Shown here: piece after piece, positions 57,315 through 64,000 of the stretch
Layout of the letters: each line of letters starts with the position of its first letter
Position numbering within the stretch: position 1 is the first letter of the stretch
Origin: Bdellovibrionota bacterium
Lineage (GTDB): Bacteria > Bdellovibrionota > FAC87 > UBA2466 > JACKAF01
Assembly: GCA_041751875.1 (NCBI GenBank)
Contig: JBGSIC010000032.1
Coordinates: 41,118-105,117 of the forward strand
DNA: 64,000 nt
Direction: 5' to 3'
Position numbers and translations under genes: made by a program
The notes under the pieces: generated by a model
What the model was told of the DNA's origin: nothing
Seen by the model: only the letters and a program-made list of their open reading frames with translations
Databases searched by the model: none

Positions 57315-58451
57315 CTAAACTCCCAAAACCTTTCTGTAGGAAGCGACGGTAAGAGAGGCTGTTTCATCCCACGAATAACTCGCGACGCGGTTTTTTCCTC
57401 TCTCCACGCAACGCTGCGCCACAGCCGGATCGTAAGCCTGTTCGCAGGCCTTGGCAATGCTCACCGGATCCAGGGGGTCGCAGAAAAGAGCAGCGTCTCC
57501 GGCGACCTCGGGAATCGATCCCCCACGAGCGCCTACCACTGGTGTACCGCAAGCCATAGCTTCGAGAATGGGCAATCCGAATCCTTCGTAGAGTGAGGGA
57601 TAAACAAAGCAGCCAGCCATTTGGTAAAGCGTGCGAAGTTCGGATTCTGTGGGATTTGTGGCGAGATACACCCGCTTACTAATACCAAGTGATCGCATGA
57701 GGGCTTTTTCTTCATCGTTCCAAGGGTGTCCCGCTGCGACCAGTGTGTGCGAAGAAAGGTGCTTTAGCGCGTGAAGCACATTGATGAAGTTCTTGTACTG
57801 CAGCCGCGCGCCCACATAGAGAAGAAAGGGTTCAGAAGGGAGCCCAAATTTTTCTCGGACAGTGGCTTTTTCCTGTGGAGATGACCGCAGGGAAAAGAAA
57901 GTGCTGTCGATTCCCAGCGGGGTGACGGAAACCCGATTTTCGGCGACACCGTAAATCTTCACGAGGTCTCTTTTGGTGGTTTCTGAATTTGCCAAAAGGT
58001 AAGTCGCTCTTTTAATCGCGAGTGCCTTGTCGCGACGAAGCTCATCGAAGACATCGCCCACGGTGTGTTCTGGCATTAATTCGGGAATGAGATCGTGAAT
58101 GGTCACCACTTCGGGTAAGCCTGCGTGCGGAGCCTGGGAGTAGTGCGTCGATTGAAAAACGGCGTGTTTTTTTTGTTTGAGCTGGGCGCGCCAAACCGCC
58201 GCATCGACTTTCTGCCGCCACTGCGAGAGTTGGCGTTTAATACGACCTTCTGGAAACCAGGTGGCTTTCGGAGTGATCCTCTCTAAGTGGTGTGCATCCG
58301 GAATGGAAGGAGGACTAAGCACCGCGCTCGCGTTGCCCAGGTAACTCAGCGTTACATCTGGTTCCTTTGCTATGCGAGGCAGTATTTCAATGAAATACCG
58401 GTAGATGCCACCTTTTTGAAAGCACCGCCAATCAATCACGACTTCAAACAT
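57315..58451 (-). CDS. Glycosyltransferase family 4
   Basis: TIHDL, YKN and PSLYEGFGLPILEAMACGTPV. Confidence 0.9.
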   Translation of the reverse strand: MFEVVIDWRCFQKGGIYRYFIEILPRIAKEPDVTLSYLGNASAVLSPPSIPDAHHLERITPKATWFPEGRIKRQLSQWRQKVDAAVWRAQLKQKKHAVFQSTHYSQAPHAGLPEVVTIHDLIPELMPEHTVGDVFDELRRDKALAIKRATYLLANSETTKRDLVKIYGVAENRVSVTPLGIDSTFFSLRSSPQEKATVREKFGLPSEPFLLYVGARLQYKNFINVLHALKHLSSHTLVAAGHPWNDEEKALMRSLGISKRVYLATNPTESELRTLYQMAGCFVYPSLYEGFGLPILEAMACGTPVVGARGGSIPEVAGDAALFCDPLDPVSIAKACEQAYDPAVAQRCVERGKNRVASYSWDETASLTVASYRKVLGV

Positions 58452-58555
58452 GTCCTTATTATACCGTACCTTCCTGTGCTTACTCTTTGTTGCGCCGTTC
58501 CCACGCCAGCGTACTGGTAAAATAGAAGGTATCCCGTCCATTTCCATGAGGCTCC

Positions 58556-59893
58556 ATGAAAACTCTTCACCTTGCCGTTTCTCTTTTGATTCTCCCTTTC
58601 CAGTTGATGGCCGCGCCTGGCCATCTTGATCCCACTTTTGGAAACGGTGGCCAAGTTCTTACCGATATTGGTCCGCGCGTTGATGCCATCAGCGAAATTG
58701 CGTTTGATGCCAATGGCGCCATTATTGCGGCGGGGCGGTCTCAGTTAGACCATGCTAGTGGCGATTACGCAGACTGGGCTATCGCTAAATATTCAAAAGA
58801 TGGGATTCTCGACCCTTTTTTCGGTAACGCCGGAAGCGTCGTCAACTCCTTTGGCAAGCAACAGGGGCGCATCTCTGACCTGCTAGTTCAACCAGATGGA
58901 AAAATTCTGGTGACGGGATGGAATCGCGGCGAACTGCGTGGAGCAAACATCGGATTGGGTCGTTACTTGCCAAATGGAACGTTGGATTCGACTTTTGGAA
59001 CCAACGGTTTGGCCCTTATTTCACTCGGCGTTCAGCACAGCTATACACGCAAAGTGTTGCCGCTTGCGGACGGTCGTTTCCTTGTAATCGGGCACACTCG
59101 CAACAACCCCGACGGAACCACGCGCAGATGGTTCAACCCGCTCATGATGCGGTTTCACGCGAACGGGACTTTGGATAAATCCTTCGGTAATCAAGGAGTG
59201 CAAATTATCCGTCTAAAAGACCGCGAAGAGGTCCGCGTTTACTGCGCGGGAATGGACGCACAAAAAAGAATTATTGCCACCGGCTATTACAATTTCGGTT
59301 TGGAAAAATCCCTGATGATTTCTCGCCTAAATGAAGGCGGAGGGTTTGATCTGACTTTCCAGCAGCCCAATAGCCCCATGCCCGGTGTGGTGAAGTACGA
59401 TCTCAACCGTGGACAGGATGAGGCCTGGTCCATTGTTTCGACTTCTGACGGCGGTATCTTGGTTGGTGGACAAACTTTCACGGGAAATGATTTTGATTTT
59501 CTGTTGATTAAGCTCGACGCGCAAGGTGTGCCGGATGCGAAATTTGGCGTGAATGGCGTGGTTACCACACCCATTGGCTACGGTGACGATACCATCCGCT
59601 CTCTTGCCCTTCAGAAAGACGGCAAGATTCTCGCCGCCGGCGAGTGTACTGATCCTTTTGGTCCAGGGTCGAACAATATCGATTTTTGTTTGGCGCGCTA
59701 CACGCCAGAGGGAAAATTGGATGAGGGATTTGGCAACTTTGAACGTTTTCCGGGTACCAGCGTTTTCGACTTCGGAAAGCCTCTCGAAGTGGCCCACTCC
59801 GTTCAAGTCCAAAGCGATGGCAAAATCATTCTCGCCGGTGAATCGCAATTTAACGGGGCCGGCCAATTTGCTCTCGCCCGCATTCTTCCTTAA
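58556..59893 (+). CDS. Secreted delta-60 repeat (beta-propeller) protein
   Basis: Repeated G.LD.TFG..G and QPDGKI...G motifs. Confidence 0.85.
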   Translation: MKTLHLAVSLLILPFQLMAAPGHLDPTFGNGGQVLTDIGPRVDAISEIAFDANGAIIAAGRSQLDHASGDYADWAIAKYSKDGILDPFFGNAGSVVNSFGKQQGRISDLLVQPDGKILVTGWNRGELRGANIGLGRYLPNGTLDSTFGTNGLALISLGVQHSYTRKVLPLADGRFLVIGHTRNNPDGTTRRWFNPLMMRFHANGTLDKSFGNQGVQIIRLKDREEVRVYCAGMDAQKRIIATGYYNFGLEKSLMISRLNEGGGFDLTFQQPNSPMPGVVKYDLNRGQDEAWSIVSTSDGGILVGGQTFTGNDFDFLLIKLDAQGVPDAKFGVNGVVTTPIGYGDDTIRSLALQKDGKILAAGECTDPFGPGSNNIDFCLARYTPEGKLDEGFGNFERFPGTSVFDFGKPLEVAHSVQVQSDGKIILAGESQFNGAGQFALARILP

Positions 59894-59900
59894 GGGTTCC

Positions 59901-59921
59901 AAAAGGTGCCTGGCACCTTTT
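59901..59921. repeat. Perfect palindrome between convergent genes (possible bidirectional terminator or REP-like element)
   Basis: AAAAGGTGCC-T-GGCACCTTTT. Confidence 0.6.
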
Positions 59922-59939
59922 AGAACTTAGGCGACGGGG

Positions 59940-60380
59940 TTAGTGGAGGGTGTACTCAGTCCAAGCGCCCTTTTTAAGTTCAACGGGTTCGCCGGTGAGT
60001 TCCTCGAGCGCGGAAGTAAGCCAGTCACTATGGCTGCAAACGACCACAATCGGGGCAGAAGAATCTTTAAGAGCGTTAAGGCTGTGCTTTACCCGGGCGC
60101 GGAAGGCGGCATCGGACTCATGTTTTCGCTGCTCGTCCAGTGAGGGATCAATCTCTAAGGACTGTTTTAGTTCTTGGGCCAAGGGCTCTAAGGTCTCTAC
60201 GCATCGGCGCTTGGGGCTTGATATAAACGCCGCACCCGGAAGCGGTTGCTGGAGCCAATAAGACAATACCTTTTCCGTCTGGCGGAAACCTTTTTGACTC
60301 AAACCATTGTCTCGCTCGCGTCCCTCATCCGTATCGCGATGAGCGTGGCGTACCAAAATCAGCTTTTTGCAATCAGGCAT
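59940..60380 (-). CDS. Histidine phosphatase family protein (SixA-like)
   Basis: LVRHA, SSP..RC.ET and VCSH. Confidence 0.85.
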   Translation of the reverse strand: MPDCKKLILVRHAHRDTDEGRERDNGLSQKGFRQTEKVLSYWLQQPLPGAAFISSPKRRCVETLEPLAQELKQSLEIDPSLDEQRKHESDAAFRARVKHSLNALKDSSAPIVVVCSHSDWLTSALEELTGEPVELKKGAWTEYTLH

Positions 60381-60389
60381 AAGACCCTC

Positions 60390-62594
60390 TTAGGATAGCG
60401 AGGTCGATTTATATCCCCGCTGGGCCATATCAACAAATTCAAATTGAGCACGCAACGGTGGTTGACCCACGCGTGTGGTGATTTTCTTCCAAGTCCCCTG
60501 GGCGGTTAGCTCGCGTGCTTTAACGGTATCGGAGAGAAGCGTGGGGATGACGGTTTTCTCCAAATATTTGAAAAGACGGGGATCTAGCACAGGGAAAGCG
60601 ATTTCGAGGCGTTTGAAGAAGTTGCGAGGCATCCAATCCGCACTCGAGAGATACATCTGTTTGGAACTCTCGAAATAATAAAAGCGACTGTGTTCCAAGT
60701 ATCTATCGATGATACTCATCACGCGAATGTTTTTGCTGAGGCCTTCCACTTTGGGGATCAGCGAACACGCGCCACGCACGATTAGGTCAATCTTCACCCC
60801 ATACTGGGACGCACGATAGAGATGGGCGATTACTTGCTCATCTACAAGGGCATTCATCTTCGCAACTATCCGGGCATTTTCTCCTCGGATCGCGGCGCGA
60901 ATTTCGGTTTGAATAAGCGACAAGAGGCGGCGATGGAGCGCTGTGGGGGCCAAGACCAAATGCTTGAATCCCGTGGGGATAGTGCCCTTCCAAACCGCAT
61001 CAAAGAAGATACGGGCATCTTTTCCAATCTCTTGATTGCTGGTGAGTATGGCCAGGTCGGTATACATCTTCGCCGTTTTGGCGTTGTAGTTTCCGGTCGA
61101 CAGATGGGTATAGAGCCTGGGCCCATCTTTTTCTTGCCGGGTGATCACGGCCATTTTCGCGTGTACTTTAAGTTTGCCGTAACCAAACGTGACCCGAATC
61201 CCGGCTTTCGAAAGCTCTTCCGCAATCATGAGATTGTTGCCTTCGTCAAAACGCGCGCGTAGCTCGATGACAATTCCCACGTTGGTCGTTTTGGCTGCCT
61301 TTTTAAGGAAGGGAATAATGGGTGACAAAGTTCCCAGGCGATAAACTGTCAGCTCAATGGAAGTTACTTTGGGATCCCGGCAGGCTTCTTCAATCCAAAT
61401 GACAAAAGCTTCAAAGGAGTCGTAGGGATGATGCAAAAGATAGTCGCGCTCTTTTAGCTTATCAAACAACTGATGAGGGTTTTCGAAAGGTGCCGGCAAG
61501 AAAGACTTGATCGCAGGGTAAATGACTTTCTTTTTCGACTTCTTTTTCAGTTTCTTCTTTTTGGCAAATTTATCCACTACCGTCCACAGACCGGGTAAAC
61601 ACATGCTCATGGGCGCGGGTAATACTTGCTCGGGGGCCAAGTTGAGCTGCGCCGAGGCTCGTTCCAAGAAGTCCGCTGAAAGATGTCCCTTGTATTGCAA
61701 ACGCACGGGACGTCCGCGATCACGATCACTTAAAACAGTGCGAATCACATCGGGGGTTGGTTCGGTGCCTTGCTCAATCAGGCCACTGGTGACATCGGCA
61801 TCCCGCGTGAGGCGAACTATCGCAGGAGCTCCACGCGCCATAAACGTTTGTCCCAGGTAGGCGAGCAGTAGGCGATCCAAAAAGAAGAAATAAGCCGGGG
61901 TATCTTTGTTTTCATCCGGCGCGAAGCTGATCACGGAAGGTAACGAGCGCGGAATGCGATACCAGAGGCCGTCGGGAAAAATGACCGCCATTTCAAGATT
62001 GTCGAGCTGAGAAAGATTGTGGAACGAAAAAGTTTCGGGTGGCTTTAGTTCTTTAAGAATATGCTGCTCAAAGAGCATTTTGCCCATCTTACGCATTTTC
62101 TCTTCTCGAGTCGGGTCACCCACCAAGTAGATTTCGAACTTCCCCAGTTCTGTAGAAAGAAAATCAAAAATCTCCGATTGGCGCGCCCCAAAGCGCAGTA
62201 CTTTTTCCAACAGAAGCTTCTTTACCCGTTCAAGATCTTCGAACGCTTTCTTGTGACTTCTGCTGAGTAGAAGTTCGCGGCTTAGCGAGGCCATTCGGAT
62301 CATAAAAAATTCATCGAGGTTCGAAGCTGAGATCGCGAGGAACTTCACCCGCTCCAGAGGAAGATTGTTGCTCGTGGGGCGGGCTTGCTCGAGTACCCGT
62401 TCGTTGAACTGGAGCCAGCTGATGTCACGGTGGATAATCGGAACCCTAGGAGTGGCAAGTAAAGACGGTAGGGTCGGCAAAAAATTGACCCGGGAGATGC
62501 GGGGAGGCCTAGGGTCAAGGCGCATGGGTCGCCGTGTTTTTGGGGAGGGCGACTTATTTTCCGTTTGGATTTCCATGGCTCCGACTGAAGGCAC
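60390..62594 (-). CDS. ppk1: Polyphosphate kinase 1
   Basis: SWLQFNERVL, SNLDEFFM.R, LHHPYDSF, ELRARFDE, KVHAK, TGNYN, LEHSR and SADWMPRN. Confidence 0.95.
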   Translation of the reverse strand: MPSVGAMEIQTENKSPSPKTRRPMRLDPRPPRISRVNFLPTLPSLLATPRVPIIHRDISWLQFNERVLEQARPTSNNLPLERVKFLAISASNLDEFFMIRMASLSRELLLSRSHKKAFEDLERVKKLLLEKVLRFGARQSEIFDFLSTELGKFEIYLVGDPTREEKMRKMGKMLFEQHILKELKPPETFSFHNLSQLDNLEMAVIFPDGLWYRIPRSLPSVISFAPDENKDTPAYFFFLDRLLLAYLGQTFMARGAPAIVRLTRDADVTSGLIEQGTEPTPDVIRTVLSDRDRGRPVRLQYKGHLSADFLERASAQLNLAPEQVLPAPMSMCLPGLWTVVDKFAKKKKLKKKSKKKVIYPAIKSFLPAPFENPHQLFDKLKERDYLLHHPYDSFEAFVIWIEEACRDPKVTSIELTVYRLGTLSPIIPFLKKAAKTTNVGIVIELRARFDEGNNLMIAEELSKAGIRVTFGYGKLKVHAKMAVITRQEKDGPRLYTHLSTGNYNAKTAKMYTDLAILTSNQEIGKDARIFFDAVWKGTIPTGFKHLVLAPTALHRRLLSLIQTEIRAAIRGENARIVAKMNALVDEQVIAHLYRASQYGVKIDLIVRGACSLIPKVEGLSKNIRVMSIIDRYLEHSRFYYFESSKQMYLSSADWMPRNFFKRLEIAFPVLDPRLFKYLEKTVIPTLLSDTVKARELTAQGTWKKITTRVGQPPLRAQFEFVDMAQRGYKSTSLS

Positions 62595-62686
62595 CTTATA
62601 GTGTGTTTCGGGAGGGGAATCAATCCGGGCACTAAGTATTTGAAATAAAGTAGCTTTTTAAGTCTAGAAAGGGGTGAAAAGGGGAG

Positions 62687-64000
62687 CTAAACGTGCAGAT
62701 TCTTCGCGCTGTCGGCGCGGCCCAGCTTTTTAGTGGAATCGGGTGCGGCCTTCAGGTCGCTTTCAAGGCTTGAGCGTCCGGCTTTGCGGGCTTTTTTTTG
62801 GTATTTCTTTTCCAGTACGGCGGGCAACAGGAACATGCCGACCCACCAAATAGACAAGGTGCCTAGTAGCGCCAGCCAACCCAGGCTACGTAGTACGCCG
62901 GCGCGGGCGAAAATGAGTACGCCGAACCCGATGGCTGTCGCGGCCAGAGTCAGGTTTACCGCAGAGGCCAGATCGCGGGCCGCTTTAAACCCGGAACCGA
63001 CTTCGCGGGCACGGTGGGTAATATGAATAGGCACGTCGATCCCTATCGCCACAAAGCTCGGAATGATCGCAATATTGAAAATGTTGAACTTGATTCCCAG
63101 AATAGCCATCAGGCCCATCCCAATGGGGAAAGCGAGTAGAAGCGGGAAGAAACTGTAGACGAAGCTTTCCCAGTCACGAAGGTTAAGCCAAATAATCAGT
63201 GCGACCATGGCCAATATGCCTGCCAATATAATTCCACCGTCGCGTTTAATGAGATCTAAAATGTCGGCGAAAACAACGGCGTCTGAGCCCGAGAGCAAGT
63301 CCGGAAAATGCTTCTCCAAATCTCGTATCATTCCCGCAAAAGCATGAACGCCTGGAGCCGTATTGAGCTTCACGTTAGAAGCCGGGTAGATGTACATCAG
63401 GAAATCCGACTGGCTTTTTCCGCGGAATAAATCTTGTAGATGGATGGGTAGGTTGTCGAAGGCGAAAGGCTTTGCCACGGCCCAGCGTCGGATGGCAGCC
63501 GCCGGAACATCGAGCTGCTTCTCGAGCCATTTGTCTTTAAGAGGATCAATCTGCGCTTTAATTTTGTCGATGATCGCTTTCTTGGCGACTTGGTCTTCCG
63601 GAATGATGGAAGCTCCGCTGCGGACCACATCGATTACGCCTGGGACATAATTTTTCGTAAGGAAATCTTCAGCCTCTTTCGCCATCTCACGAGAAGGAGC
63701 AGATAGAACAGACGGAGTCACCGAGCGTTCGTAAATGGTATCAACCAGATCACTCAGCTCCTGGACTTCTGCCGAGTGCTCCAACATTTTGCTGAAATCG
63801 TACTCGAAACTCACGCGGGTAGCGACGATACAAAGCACGACCGAAACGGCGAGCCCAATGCGAAACTTTTTCTTGGTATCCAAAAGCGGTAGCGGGAATT
63901 TTGGCGTAAGCGACGTGCCACCGAAATTGCGTTTGGTAAGGCCAAAAAAGCGAGAAAGGCTGGAGAAGGTGAGCAGGATGATCATCATCACGATGCCCAT
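62687..64000 (-). CDS. MMPL/RND family transporter (5' part outside window)
   Basis: TM bundle with IGIDVPIHITHR and T.IGFGVL, plus a large soluble loop. Confidence 0.75.
   Translation of the reverse strand: MGIVMMIILLTFSSLSRFFGLTKRNFGGTSLTPKFPLPLLDTKKKFRIGLAVSVVLCIVATRVSFEYDFSKMLEHSAEVQELSDLVDTIYERSVTPSVLSAPSREMAKEAEDFLTKNYVPGVIDVVRSGASIIPEDQVAKKAIIDKIKAQIDPLKDKWLEKQLDVPAAAIRRWAVAKPFAFDNLPIHLQDLFRGKSQSDFLMYIYPASNVKLNTAPGVHAFAGMIRDLEKHFPDLLSGSDAVVFADILDLIKRDGGIILAGILAMVALIIWLNLRDWESFVYSFFPLLLAFPIGMGLMAILGIKFNIFNIAIIPSFVAIGIDVPIHITHRAREVGSGFKAARDLASAVNLTLAATAIGFGVLIFARAGVLRSLGWLALLGTLSIWWVGMFLLPAVLEKKYQKKARKAGRSSLESDLKAAPDSTKKLGRADSAKNLHV

Overview
Bacterial chromosomal window, roughly 50% GC by eye. 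The gene content (many orphan lipoproteins, sigma-54-type promoters, type-2 IleRS) is compatible with a Bdellovibrionota/Oligoflexia-like or other delta-proteobacterial lineage, which is an inference. Recognisable genes include glycosyltransferases, an AblB/YodP acetyltransferase-ABC transporter-deacetylase operon, a GNAT::PEP-carboxylase fusion next to a carbon-nitrogen hydrolase, tamAB, gltS, bdhA, ileS, a phospholipid-modification cluster, ampG, pckA, a TPP-riboswitch thiM-thiED-tenA operon, a UvrD/Rep helicase, mltA and ppk1. The most striking structure is at 32.4-36.8 kb. A tRNA-Arg(UCU) gene is followed by three tandem copies of its 42-bp 3' half, each starting exactly at the 7-nt anticodon loop and flanked by conserved non-tRNA sequence and a hairpin. 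The copies delimit three tiny integrase-less cassettes (0.7, 0.9 and 2.5 kb), each carrying one unrelated predicted lipoprotein gene, giving an integron-like, tRNA-anchored cassette array. Just upstream (31.2-31.5 kb) lie orphan 3' gene tips homologous to a cassette gene and to the esterase gene at the window start. All product calls are from motif recognition by eye; no database searches were run.
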